The position numbers and the translations under genes are program-made. The notes beneath the pieces were generated by a model, which saw nothing but the letters and a program-made list of their open reading frames with translations, was not told where the DNA came from and made no database searches. A DNA stretch of 64,000 nucleotides from Squalus acanthias (taxonomy: Eukaryota), in contig CM059432.1 in the NCBI GenBank assembly GCA_030390025.1, positions 50,036,001 through 50,100,000 on the forward strand, given 5' to 3'. Below are positions 23,648-36,911 of this stretch, piece by piece; the first letter of the stretch is position 1, and each line of letters begins with the position of its first letter.

Positions 23648-24880
23648 GAACATAACCCGAGACAAAAAGGTTTTATATCTGCCACTCCTGGCTGTAATGA
23701 GATTAAAGCTATTCTCCATAACATCATGAGAGGCATTAAGAAGAACATTAAGCAACTGGCGATAGTATTTGTGAAAGCCTTCGACTCTGTAGGCCATAAG
23801 GTAATAACTAAGGCATTGAAAAGAATGCATCCACTCACCAAATTTATTCACCTCGTTGAGAGTTTATACTCTGAAACATCTACTATTATACAGGGGGGTG
23901 GAATCTAGTCTGACCCTATTCAGGTTAATAAAGGGGTCAAACAGATTGATCTCTTATCTCCAATACTGTTCAGTATAACTATGGATCCACTTTTTTTGCA
24001 CACTGGAAAAGAACGGTTTGGGAGCACTAATGAAATATAAAAACTGATCCATCTACTGTATAGCCTTAGCATTGAAGTTGCTATTCTGAGCGATTCTCAT
24101 GCAGCAATATTTTAAAATTGAGATATTGTTCACTCATTTTTTAATAAAACTGGCTTAGAAATTAATATATTGTCGGTTTCCACTTCTCACCGAAAGAAAG
24201 ACCTTTGTTTATAAATTTTAACTATTTTAGGGAATGGTCAATCAATGGTAGCCCCTTTCAATTTATACCTCCAGGAGAAATTGGAAATATCTTGGTGCTA
24301 GAATTGATCCATGGTATGAGGTAGTTGAAGATGACTGGCCAGTGAAACCAAGTAGCTGGATCAATAAATTATAGAGGTGGACCTTAAACCTACCCAAAAG
24401 GTAGAACTTTTAAAAGATATATGCTCCCAAGGATATACTATCATCTTAACCCAGAAGAGGTATCTCAAAATGCATTGATTGAATTGCATCGTATAATTTA
24501 AAAAGTAACCGAGTGATGTTACATCTGCAAAATAATATATTGGACGGTATACTATTCTCCAAGTATAGAGACAGAGGTTTGGGGCTGTGAAATTAAAGAT
24601 CCAAATTCCCGTCCCAATAATTAGAAAACTAGAAGGCTTGGCAACCTCCAATGACCCGATTATTTCAGCAGCATTTATATGTTGTGGTCATGACAATTGT
24701 GTGAATATTGAAGGTCTAAAAAACCTACAAGTTCTCCAAAATGTTAGAACTTGTCACGACTCTATAAAGAAGGAGCCCATTCATTCTGGAGATTAGGAAA
24801 GTCTAGCTTCGCATCCGAATGTTAATCCAGATGTACAGTCTGATAGACCAGACCAACCTTCGAAGTCAACTGGCAAATCT
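23648..24880 (+). pseudogene. Decayed R2/NeSL-type non-LTR retrotransposon RT fragment
   Basis: NPRQKGFISATPGCNE, AIVFVKAFDSVGH, GVKQIDLLSPILFSITMDPL, LKPTQKVELL, DGILYS: motifs typical of early-branching RLE-bearing elements, unlike the CR1/L2/RTE copies here. Confidence 0.65.
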
Positions 24881-24884
24881 GATC

Positions 24885-25492
24885 TCAGGAGGCGGATTGG
24901 TTGGTAAAAGTTTTTAAGGAGGCTGCGTCCCTCCATTTCAACAGGCTTTTTATTTTTAACGAGGCGAGAAGGGCCGGATCCATAAGGTAAGTGCATTCAC
25001 AGCATTGCTTGTTGATCAGGAGGAGCAGGAATGTTTCACCCCGGCCCAACATGCTTACCTGCTTCAAACTCCACGATCGCCGACAACCCCATCTCTCCCC
25101 CCGATCTCCCCCCACTTCCCCGCTCTCCCTGCCTCTCAGCGATCTTCACCTCCCCGACCACAATCTCCCCACGACCACCATCTGCCCCCCTGAAAACGAA
25201 CTCTCCCCCCTGTGATCTCTCCCTCCCCTGACCACGATCTGCCCCCCACGATCGCGATCTCTCTGTCCCTTCCTACCTGCTCTCTGAACCTCGGCTGTGG
25301 CCTTGTGCCACAGGCTTGCCCTCCCGACAGGCAGCCAGTTGGTCAATCAGGCTGGCTGTCATGCAGGAAACCAGCAGAAAAAAATTAAAAGACGTCCTTA
25401 AGTTCTGCAGGACGTCCGGGAAACCCGCGGTCCGAGTTTCCCGTCCAGAGCTCCTCCCCCTCTCCCTCCCCGCCTCCCCGTAAATATTGGCT
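24885..25492. mobile_element. MITE-like element, inverted relative of 3517-4520
   Basis: Collinear reverse-complement similarity to 3520-3765 and 4198-4400. Confidence 0.6.
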
Positions 25493-25754
25493 TTGCCAAA
25501 GGTGTCAGGGCAAGTGGTTAGAATAAAACAACAAGTTAATGTCCTTGTTAAGGATTGAGCATTATAAGAATTTTTGCCTGTCAGATCTCCAGATGACTAA
25601 TTTGTTAACTTTAGAAAACCCCTGGGATGATTAAGTGATTATGATATAATTGTGACAATTTTGTAATATATATTTGGGTACTGAGGAGCACTTTGCAGGT
25701 TCATTTTGATTTTCCATTCCTTGTATTGATTTAGCAGAGACTGTGGGGGCTGCA

Positions 25755-26144
25755 CTCTGAGCTCTTTGCCTGGTACTCTCCATTGTTCTTTCCAGCACAT
25801 TTGATGTGCAAGTCTCTCCAGGCCGAGATTCAAGGCTGCAATGAATAGGATGTGGATGGAAAGCAAGATTAACCATCCCCTTTAAGAACTGGCCGGCGCC
25901 ATTGTGTGTGTGTTCCATTGCTGACTGACATTACATGAGCTTCGCCAGCGCTCTGAGTTAGCGCCTCACTCCTCGGCCTTTGCGCCTTAAGACAGGTGTG
26001 CAGCGCCTGATTTAGCGCTCCACTCACCTCCCGAGGCGTTAAAAGTGAAGTTTCCAGTCAGTGGCGATAATTAGCGCCAGGTGCTAATTTTTGCGCCCGG
26101 ACGATATTTGCGCCCCAAACGGGGCGCGACTGAATTTTTCCCCC
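25755..26144 (+). mobile_element. Right-end fragment of Harbinger family A
   Basis: Close match to 14030-14364, including terminal GGGGCGCGAC..AATTTTTCCCCC and the start of the Myb gene. Confidence 0.9.
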
Positions 26145-28489
26145 ATATTGTTTTATGCCATTTTTCCCCCCTTTCACTTAATTGTTGTATTTAGATTTTG
26201 GTACAGGATTAATAAATGTAATAAATAAGTAACACATCAGATGGTGATTAGGGTGTCGGGCAAATGCAAATACCTTTACAAATCGACTCTACTCGGTCTT
26301 TCGCGCTCCACCCCTTGGGCGCTCCAACTCTTGGTAAATCCTGATGCCCTTTGTTTCTTTTGGTCGCTATTATTCCTATCCTGCCCTATTAGCCTTTGTG
26401 CCCCTGGCTGATCTGACTTCAGGGCGAGCCATGTAAATGCTCAAAATAACCACTCACTACTAGGAACCATGTTCCTGAGTATCTTTAAAAAGCCAAATTT
26501 AAATAGGAACAGGAGTAGGCCAGCAACCGCTCAAGCCTGTTAAAATGCTGATCCTGGGTTCAAATCCCAGCGATGCCATCAACTGGTGCTGGAGACAAAA
26601 GCCAGCATCAGTTAAAGACGCCGCTGAGATTCAATTCCAGATTGCTTGTTTCCAATACAGCCACTAATCCACGATGCCTAAGTTACAGCAGGAGAACCCC
26701 CATGAAATTTCCAGGCCAATGTTTCCAACTAGACCACAAGAAATAATACTGGGGGTTACATAACGTTAACCTAACGTGCCTGGTGTGAAACAGATGCAAT
26801 CGGATCAGTCGCCGTTTTACATTGTGGAAAGTCAAATTGGCGATAGGATGTAAAACAGGCGCCGATCCAAGCCCGCCAATTTCTTGCCGGGTGGATTAGG
26901 TTAAAATGATCCCAATTACTTATCCATGTGAAAAGTTAGTAATTTAAGTAACTCCTATCAATTGTGGCCTGCAATTTTCATTCATTCCAGTATTACCTTC
27001 TAAACGAAAAATTCGATTCACATCAGCACACTTGGTACACCAGAAGTAGATGCCAGCGTGATAAATCGGAATATCTTTGCAGAATTCTTTGTCATTTTTA
27101 TGAAATTGGTTGGTTTTTAAACACTGAGGAATGAAGAATTTGAAAAAGTCCTGATTAGATCAAAACTATTAATAAATAACTGCTTGGCTGTTCATTTCTC
27201 TTCAATTATAGAAACATAAGAACAAATCATAAAGAAGTACTTTAGTTAATTTTCTTGCCTGGGTGATTGTGTGTATAATCCCTGGCATCTGTTATCTCAT
27301 GCTGTAAATTAAATGCATCTTCCATAGATATTGCCAGATGTCAGATATTGCTATCTCAGCAATTAAAAGGACTCCAATTTATGCAGTGTATTGTTTAATC
27401 ATTCTTTCCTCTTTATTGCCGTTGGCTGTTTAAAGTTATTTTGGAATTAATTGATGCTAGAGGGAATAGGGAATTAGGGCTGAGATCGTGATGGATACTA
27501 GCAATCAGAGTTAACAGCAGATGGATGGTGACAGTTTCTGTGTTTTCTGCCTGCTATTAATATTCATGAAAGGCAGAAAGCGGTGGACAAAAAAGAAGTG
27601 GCTCTTGCTTAATAAAGGATAATCCATTAATGGGCTATAAAAGTGGATACATTTGGAAAAGGAAACAGTATAATGTAGTAGGATTTCTTTCATAGAAATT
27701 GTTCAACAAAATAATTCTTTATGGAGCATTAAGATATTTATTGACAATTTTAAGTACTTTCTTTTCTTGAACCGTGTAGGATTATGAGGGGAAAAGAACT
27801 GACAATAAAGGTACTGGCAAAAAGCTTTCTACATTTGGGATTGAAAGAAAAATAAAATTAACAAGCAATTGGGATTTGCAGGAGAGCAACTGAAATGTGC
27901 CTGAAATTATTTTCAGTACAACCATTTCACCACAGTCTCCTGTCGTAATAAAAAATAGAACACCTTGGAAATGTACAGGCTGCTCAGCATCTTCAAGAGA
28001 AACATTGAGATTATTATTGAATGATTTGACAGGACTAACCATGTCTGCAGAACTGGAATACATAGGAGAAAAGGACATGTTCATGATTAGGTGTTTCACA
28101 AAGGAATACTGTGCATAAGTGGGCTAGATGGATAGAAGGTCTTCTCCTGCCTGAAACTGTTATTGCATGTCTATGTTACTATGTTTCGGGTGTCACTCTT
28201 CCTCAGAATTATATTCTCCATTCATCAGCAGTGCATTCTGTATTCATATACAGTATGTACTGTAATTATTTGACACAAACACAGTATGTTCTAAACTACT
28301 TGTAATTGCCATGCCAGACGAAGGTCATTTCCTCCGTGCCAAAAGTAGTGTTTGGCTGTGAGGCAATAATTGGTGTCAATCCACTCAGGCACACTGTAAT
28401 AAAACATGCAATACGCTTAGTTGCGGTGCTTGTTGAAACAAATGAAAAACCATTCATTATACATTTTGAAATAGTGTTATGCTGCTTAA

Positions 28490-28822
28490 TGGCCCTCCTT
28501 ATCTCTGTAACCTCCTCCGGCCCTACAACTCTCCGAGATATCTGCGTTCCTCCAATTCTGGCCTCTTGCTCCTTCCCACCATTGGCGGCCGTGCCTTCAC
28601 CTGCCTAGGCCCTAAGTTCTGGAATTCCCTCCCTAAACCTCTCCACCTCTTTACCTCTCTTTCCTCCTTTAAGACATACCTTAAAATCTACTTCTTTGAC
28701 CATCTGCCCTAATATCCCCTTATGTGGCTTGGTGTCAAATTTAGTTTGATAACACTCCTGTGAAGCACCTTGGGACATTTTACTATGTTAAAGGCGCTAT
28801 ATAAATACAAATTGCTGTTGTT
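28490..28822 (+). mobile_element. L2 LINE 3' end
   Basis: PPYLCNLL...LRSSNSGLL...GGRAF...P..WNSLP, then tail AAAGGCGCTATATAAAT...GTTGTTG. Confidence 0.8.
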
Positions 28823-29329
28823 GAATTGACTGATTGTCTTGGTGTTTGAGGCAATAGCCTGAACTGCCGTTTTGGCAACTTAAAGTTAGAAACTCCACTG
28901 CAACGACTCTAATGGCACACCTAGAAGTGAGCAAAAGCATCTCTTGTTGCTGGGGTATGGGGTGGACTTCACATATTTTCTGAGGTTCACTTATTTAATT
29001 AATTGTTCTGCAATCCCAGTGTAGGTTGGCCCAAGCACACGCAGTACGTAGGCCATGGGGGTGGTATGTCTGATGCAGCAGCAGATTTAAAGAGCCAATG
29101 GTTATGTGCTTCCAAGGATCTTCACTCACCCCTCATCAATTCTCAATGTCCACCATTGTACCATACATTACTTTATCTTGTGGGCAAAACAAACCTTATG
29201 AGATTTCACTTCTGTGTATATGTGTTTCCTTTTAATTATTTTTCTCTCCTACTCCCTTCCACTCTTGAAGGTGCTGAATCATGCTAGAAGACAATTCCAC
29301 TGCACTGAACTCTCTATAGTGCATCGTTC

Positions 29330-29640
29330 TAGTAGCCTTTCTTCATGTACGAGACTAGATAGTGCGTGTTGAAAGGCTATTCACTGTGGTGGACATTGCA
29401 GCTGAGCCCAATCCGATCTTCACATACATGCACTTTCCAGAAGGAGTCAACCTATGCTGATCAGAATTGTGTCTTTGGATAGTTGTTCCTGTCCCCAGCC
29501 CAGTGATGCCTCTTGTAGTACCCCTACCACTGCCCTGACTGAGGTCAGCTAGCAATGCCACAGATTGAGGATCAAATTTGGGATCTTCCTGGTCTGTGAA
29601 ACTCAGTTCCACAACGGACAATGCATTAACCAACCGAGTC
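29330..29640 (-). mobile_element. Old tRNA-derived SINE (relatives at ~51280-51545 and ~56474-56640)
   Basis: Degenerate A/B boxes on the minus strand and a shared AGCTAAC/CTGGTCT..GGCTCAG pattern. Confidence 0.45.
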
Positions 29641-29848
29641 ATTTTATGAACTTACTTTTTTAATTATATGTACACTTTTTTCCTCACTTGGTTCCCATAT
29701 GAATTTCTTCCAGCATAAGAATGGCACAGACTTGACTGCAGATTTTCTGCAGCTGTCGTTGCTGCTGCATTATGTTGAAAGTATATAAAAGTTCCCTTCT
29801 GTGACTTTCCTTCCCTTGAGGTGAAATTCTCATAGTGCTGCATCTAGT

Positions 29849-30936
29849 CTTCTTCTTCTTCTTCTTAGGCAGTCCCTCGGAACCGAGGATAACTTGCTTC
29901 CACATTAAAAATTAGTTCTCAGGTGACTGATGAGTCCAATGCGGGACCTACAGTTTCTGTCACAGGTGGGGCAGACGGTGGTTGAAGGGGCGGGTGGGTG
30001 GGGTGCTTGGGTTGACGTGCGCTCCTTGCGTTGCTTGCGCTTGGCTTCCGCTTGCTCCCGGTGAAGAGACTCGAGGTGTTTGGCGCCTTCCCGGATGCTT
30101 CTCCTCCACTTTGTGCGGTCTTGGGCCAGGGATTCCCAGGTGTCGGTGGGGATATTGCACTTTTTCAAGGAGGCTTTGAGGGTATCTTTGAAGTGTTTCC
30201 TCTGCCCACCTGGGGCTCTCTTGTCGTGTCGGAGCTCCGAGTAGAGTACTTGTTTTGGGAGTCTCGTATCGGGCATGCGGACGATGTGACCCGTCCATCA
30301 GAGCTGATCGAGCGTGGTCAAAGCTTCGATGCTGGGGATGTTGGCCTGAGCGAGAACACTGACGTTGGTGCGCCTATCCTGCCAATGGATTTGCAGGATC
30401 TTGCAGAGGCAGCATTGATGGTACCTCTCCAGGTGCTTTGAGGTACCTGCTGTACATGGTCCATGTCTCTGAGGCATACAGCAGGGCGGGTATCACTGCT
30501 GCTCTGTAGACCATGAGCTTAGTGCCAGGTTTGAGGTCCTGGTCTTCAAACACTCTCTTCCTCAGGCGACCGAAGGCTGCACTAGCACACTGAAGGCGGT
30601 GTTGGACTTCGTCATCGACGTCTGCCCTTGTTGACAGTAGGCTCCCGAGGTATGGAAAGTGGTCCACGTTGTCCAAGGCCTTGTCGTGGATTTTGATAAT
30701 CGGGGGGTAGTACTGTGTGGCGGGGGCAAGTTGGTAGAGGACCTTTGTCTTACAGATGTTTAGTGTAAGGCCCATGCTCTCGTACGCTTCGGAGAAGGTG
30801 TTGACGATGGTTTGGAGTTCGACATCCGAGTGAGCGCAGACGCAAGCGTCGTCTGCATACTGCAATTCGATGACAGTGGATGGGACGACCTTGGATCTGG
30901 ACTGGAGGCAACGGGGGTTGAACAGTTTCCCGTTTG
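29849..30936 (-). mobile_element. 5'-truncated RTE (BovB-like) LINE
   Basis: QYADD, FPYLGS, LLYASETW, RLPKQVLYSEL, C-terminal CPTC...GLISHLRT; (AAG)n tail. Confidence 0.92.
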
Positions 30937-31924
30937 TTATTAAATAATTTAATAATTTGCATCTAATAGCCTAGGCATGAATTGACAAAATCACTCAATC
31001 GGAGCAAATTGTTTGAACACCAGACCAAAACTGAGATTGAAAATGATAGCTCTGGTTAAGAGTTTAGTGCTCTGAAAATGGGTCCATTAAATCACCCTAT
31101 TTATCACTTTGAAAAAATTAAAGTCTAAGGACAAACTTTTGTGACAAAAGTTCATTTTTGACATAGTTTGAAAAGTATTCATTCATCTCTAACCTGTGTT
31201 TCCCCCCCCAGCATTGTGGATCAGTCCTGAAAAAGGACTCCAGTGTATTGCTATACATCTGTGAGCAGTACAGTAACCTTCCTTTATACATAGTTCAATT
31301 CGCAGACTGAAATATAATTCAGCTGTAATTAGTAAATGCATTTGGTGTGACAGCTACCAATATCTTTACTTGTACAACAATATTGTTATAGTGGCTAAGT
31401 ATTGAATTTTTTGGTGAGAGATTAATCTTTGTTAGAGCTTCTGTGAAAGATAATCTATATTTTAAATTTTGGCTATATCACTATATTTAAAATAAATCTA
31501 TTGACCAATCAGTTAGTATCCCTGCCTCCCTCATAGCAGCTTAGCACTTTAGAGTATAATCCTCTACTCAAGCTCTTTCTATAGAACCAAAGAGTGCTGT
31601 AAGGAAACATGATCACAAATTAATGGAGCTGCAACACAAAGTTAATGAACCCTTGGAAAAGTTGAAGTTTGGGGAGACCTAAATAATAACAGTCATAAAT
31701 GTAATTTGATTCAGCTTAATGACTCCAGTAGGTGAAAAGGAAAAAGAAAATGCTGACTTTAGAGCCATGAGTTCAAATGGAGAGGATAGCTTTGGAATAA
31801 ACAGTGGAAGAGAAAGCAAAATGAAATATGTTAAAGATGCACTGAAGATGGTACATGTGGAATATACACCTTAAACTCTAAAGCTAAATAATTAAGCGAG
31901 TAGAAAAGGATAAGAGAGAATACC

Positions 31925-34900
31925 GGGAACGGTAGCATAGTGGTAATGTCACTGGGCTAGTAATCCAAAGGCCTGGTCGTAAAAACCCATCTGGTTCACT
32001 AATGTCCTTTAGGGAAGGAAATCTGCCGTCCTTACCTGGTCTGGCCTATATGTGACTCCAGACCCACAGCAATGTGGTTGATTCTTAACTGCCCTCTGAA
32101 ACGGCCTAGCAAACCACTCAGTTGTAACAAACCGCTACGAAACAAAATGAAACTGGACGGACCACCTCGGCACCGGCTACGGACACCCAGCCCAGTCAAC
32201 CCTGCAAAGTCCCCCTCACCAACATCTGGGGACTTGTGCCAAAATTGGGAGAGCTGCCCCACAGACTAGTCAAGCAACAGCCTGACATAGTCATACTCAC
32301 AGAATCATACCTTTCAGCCAATGTCCCAAACTCCTCCATCACCATCCCTAGGTATGTCCTGTCCCACCAGCAGGCCAGACCCACTCGGGGTGGCAGCACA
32401 GTGGTATACAGTCGGGAAGGAGTGGCCCTGAGAGTCCTCAACATTGACTCCGGACCCCATGAAGTCTCATGGCTTCAGGTCAAGCATGGGCATGGAAACC
32501 TCCTGCTGATTACCACCTACTGCCCTCCCTCAGCTGATGAATCAGTACTCCGCCATGTTGAACACCACTTGGAAGAAGCACTGAGAGTAGCAAGGGCACA
32601 GAATGTACTCTGGGTGTGGGACTTCAATGTCCATCACCAAGAGTGGCTCAGTAGCACCACTACTGACCGAGCTGGCCGAGTCCTGAAGGACACTGAGGAC
32701 ACCCTCCATCATGTTGTGTGGCACTACCACCATGCTAAATGGGATAGATTCAGAACAGATCTAGCAGCTCAAAACTGGGCATCCATGAGGTGCTGTGGGC
32801 CATCAGCAGCAGCAGAATTGTATTTCACCACAACCTGTAATCTCATGGCCCAGCATATCCCTCACTCTACCATTACCACCAAGCCAGGGGACCAACCGGA
32901 GTAGGTTCGAAGGGCCGAATTGCCTATTCCTGCTCCTATTTTTCTATGTTTCTAACCCTGGTTCAATAAGGAGTGTAGAAGGGAATGCCAGGAGCAGCAC
33001 CAGGCATACCTAAAAATGAGGTGCCAACCTGGGGAAGCTGCAACACAGGACCTAATGCATGCTAAAAAGCAGAAGCAGCATGCTACAGACAGGGCTAAGC
33101 GATCTCACAATCAATGGATCAGATCAAAGCGCTGCAGTCCTGCCACATCCAGTCGTGAATGGTGGTGGACCATTAAACAACTAACGGGAGGAGGAGGCTC
33201 CATGAATATCTCCATCCTCAATGATGGTGGAGCCCAGCACGTGAGTGCAAAAGACAAGGCTGAACCGTTTGCAACCATCTTCAGCCAGAAGTGCTGAGTG
33301 GATGATCCATATCGGCCTCCTCCTGAGGTCCCCACCATCACAGAAGCCAGTCTTCAGCCAATTCAATTCACTCCACGTGATATCAAGAAATGGCTGAGCG
33401 CACTGGATACAGCAAAGGCTATGGGCCCTGACAACATCCCGGCTATCATGCTGAAGACTTGTACTCCATAACTAGCTGCGCCTCTAGCCAAGCTGTTCCA
33501 GTACAGCTACAACACTGGCATCTATCCGACAATGTGGAAAACTGCCCAGGTATGTCCTGTCCACAAAAAGCAGGACAAATCCAATCCAGCCAATTACTGC
33601 CCCATCAGTCTACTCTCAATCATCAGCAAAGTGATGGAAGGAGTCATTGTCAGTGCTATCAAGCAGCATTTACTCACGAATAACCTGCTCACTGATGCCC
33701 AGTTTGGGTTCCGCCAAGACCACTCGGCTCCCGACCTCATTACAGCCTTGGTCCAAACATGGACAAAGGAGCTGAATTCCAGAGGAGAAGTGAGAGTGAC
33801 TGCCCTTGACATCAAGGCAGCATTTGACCGAGTGTGGCATCAAGGAGCCCTAGTAAAACTGAAGTCAATGGGAATCGGGGGGAAAACTCTCCACTGGCTG
33901 GAGTCATACCTAGTATAAAGGAAGATGGTTGTGATTGAAGGTCAATCATCGCAGCCCCAGGACATTGCTGTAGGTGTTCCTCTGGACAGTGCCCTAGGCC
34001 CAAACATCTTTAGCTGCTTCATCAATGACCTTCCCTCCACCTTAAGGTCATAAATGGAGATGTTTGCTGATGACTGTACAGTGTTCAGTGCCATTCATAA
34101 CTCCTCAGATAATGAAGCAGTCCATGCCCGCATGCAACAAGACGTGAACGACATTCAGGCTTGGGCTGATAAGTGGCAGGTAACATTCGCACCACAGAAG
34201 TGCCAGGCAATGGCTATCTCCAACAAGCGAGAGTCTAACCACCGCCCCTTGACATTCAATGGCATTACCATCGCCGAATCCCCCGCTATCAACATCCTGG
34301 GGGTCACCATTGACCAGAAACTTAACTGGACCAGCCACATAAATACTGTGGCAACAAGAGCAGGTCAGAGGCTAGGTATTCTGTGGCGAGTGTCTCACCT
34401 CCTGACTCCCCAAAGCCTTTCTACTATCTACAAGGCACAAATAAGGAGTGTGATGGAATACTCTCCACTTGCCTGGATGAGTGCAGCTCCAACAACACTC
34501 AAGAAGCTCGACACCATCCAGGACAAAGCAGCCTGCTTGATTGGCACCCCATCTACCACCTTAAACATTCACTCCCTCCACCACCAGCGTACCGTGGCTG
34601 CAGTGTGTACCATCTACAAGATGCACTGCAGCAACTCGCCAAGGCTTTTTCGGCAGCACCTTTCAAACCCACGACCACTTCCACCTAGAAGGACAACGGC
34701 AGCAGGCACATGGGAACACCACCACCTCCAAGTTCCCCTCCAAGTTACACACCATCTTGACTTGGAAGTATATCGCCGATCCTTCATCATCGCTGGATCA
34801 AAATCCTGGAACTCTCTGCCTAACAGCACTGTGGGAGTAGCTTCACCACACGGACCTGCAGCGGTTCAAGAAGGCGGCTCACCACCACCTTTTCAAGGGC

Positions 34901-34969
34901 AATTAGGGTTGGGCAATAAATGCTGGCCTTGCCAGCGACGCCCACATCCCATAAATGAATAGAAAAAAA
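31925..34969 (+). mobile_element. CR1-like LINE (second family), SINE-like head + EN + RT + 3' tail, disrupted ORF
   Basis: Starts GGGAACGGTAGCATAGTGG; EN DIVILTESYL...WDFNVHH; RT ALDIKAAFDRVWH, FADD; tail GGCAATAAATGCTGGCC...A-rich. Confidence 0.9.
32898..32953 (+). mobile_element. 56-bp CR1 3'-tail insertion
   Basis: GAAGGGCCGAATTGCCTATTCCTGCTCCTAT...TATGTTTCT flanked by AACC/AACC. Confidence 0.75.
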
Positions 34970-35439
34970 GTATAAAGTGCTTGTCCATCTAAATAAAGTA
35001 CTTCTGTAATTTTAGACATTTAGAAGTCTTTCATGTGGAACACTGTCAAAAGCTTTTTGAAAGTATAGCTAAATATATCATAGGGAAATCCCAAGTGAAA
35101 GGAGTTTATCAGGCAGGATCTTTGTCTTGTAAGCCTTTGCTGGCTGTTGCTTATTAATTGAGCATGATGCAGATACGCTGCCAGGAGGTCAGCATGCATG
35201 CATGGCTTTCCATCTATTCATTTTAATCAACAGAAAATTTTGCTGGGCCTGCTAATCTCCATGCCTGAATTCCCAATGTGTGCTCCTGCCATGCAAAGCT
35301 CTAATAATAAGTAGTAAAATCGACCCCAATATGTATGCATATTGTGAGAGTGAGAAAATCCAGACAGAGCTAGAAGCTGAGCCAAAAGGATTAGAATTCA
35401 AAATTTGATACTTTGGGGGATTGGGAGGCAATGTAGGTT

Positions 35440-36460
35440 AGTGACTACAGGCGTGATTGGTGAGCATGACTTGGTGCAGGAGGGTTGAGGATGAGAGACT
35501 AAGCAGGAGAGCATTTGAATAGTCGAGTCTGGAGGTGACAAAAGCATGGATGAGGGTTAAAGCAGCCAATGGGCTGAGACAGGCACAGAGGAGGGCAATG
35601 TTACAGAGGTGGAAGTAGGTGGTTGGAGAGTATATAGGGTCAGAGTTGAATAGAACACCAATTTGTGAACAGTCCAGTACAACCTGAGACATTACTGAGG
35701 GCATGAAAGGCACTATATAAATCCAAATGCAAGTACAGTGGCAAAGATACAGATTTTGTGTCAAGGGCTTAAGATGATGGCTTTGGTCTTACCAATGTTT
35801 AGCTGGAGGAGATTGTAACTCATCCAATACTGTATATTGGACAAGCAGTCTGACAATGCAGAGGGTGGAGTGGTAGGGCTGGGTGTTGTCAGAATACATG
35901 TGGAAACTGGCCCCATGCCTAAGGATGATGTCACAAAAGAAAGAGCATGTAAGATGGATAGACCCTTGGGGGACTTCGGATGTAATAGGGTATAGGGGGT
36001 TAGAAAGAGAAGCCATTGCTGAAGAGGCTCTTGCTAAAATTAGATAGATAAGAGTGGAACCAAGCAAGGGCAGTCTTACTGAGCTGGACAACTGAGGAGA
36101 GGCATTGGAGGAGGATGGTGTGATTAACAGTGCCAAAAGCTGCAGAGCCAAGGAGAATGAGAAGGAATTATACACCATAGGTGCAGTCACTGAGGATATC
36201 ACTTATGACTTTGATTAGGGCTATTTTGGTTCTGTGGGAAGGGCAGAAAGTGAATATATTCAGAGAATTGTGGAAAAGATGGGCAAGGATTTGGGAGGCA
36301 ACAACACGTTCAAGGACAATGGAGCCTACTAAAGGAAGAATGGAGATGAGGCAATAGTTTGCAAGGACAGAGTGGTCATGGATGTGTTTTTTGAGGAGAG
36401 GTGGTGATGATGGGTTTGAAAGGGAGGGGACAGTACCTGAAGAAAGGAAACCATTTATAA
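35440..36460 (-). mobile_element. Decayed L2 RT fragment
   Basis: LIHAFVTSRLDYSNALL, SEVPQGS, FHMYSDNTQ. Confidence 0.8.
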
Positions 36461-36911
36461 TGTCAATTACTATTTATTCCTGTATAAAAAACACTGATTT
36501 TCAACCACACATCTCCATGGTACCCTTCCTCTGGAATTGTACTAGACTCTATGGAGCAATGATGAACAGGAGATAACCCACTTCCTGGTACAATAGGGGA
36601 CCATGAAAGTAATTTTATGGCTTCAATGCACTTCAACTCCAGACAATCTAGCAAATTGCTGAAAATTGTCACCCAACCTAATGTAATAGACAAACATTTT
36701 GTGGCGTTTTACAAAGAAAGATAAACTTTATGAATTTGGGCGAGATCAGTAGCTCCACTCAATTTTCTGCATATTAACTTTAATGGCCAGGTTGCACAAC
36801 TGGTGCATGGTTCTCCATGCCCAACATTCTGATATGTGCTCCCCAAGTGTGATGTTCTGCACTAGGAGCACAGAAGCAGAAAATTACCACTCTAAAGTGC
36901 TGACAGCACAA

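Noticed and set aside
27780..31260. Host exons (27780-27811, 27936-28090, 29751-29820, 31212-31260)
   Set aside because: Splice-like boundaries exist, but I could not join them into a consistent frame or recognise a protein.
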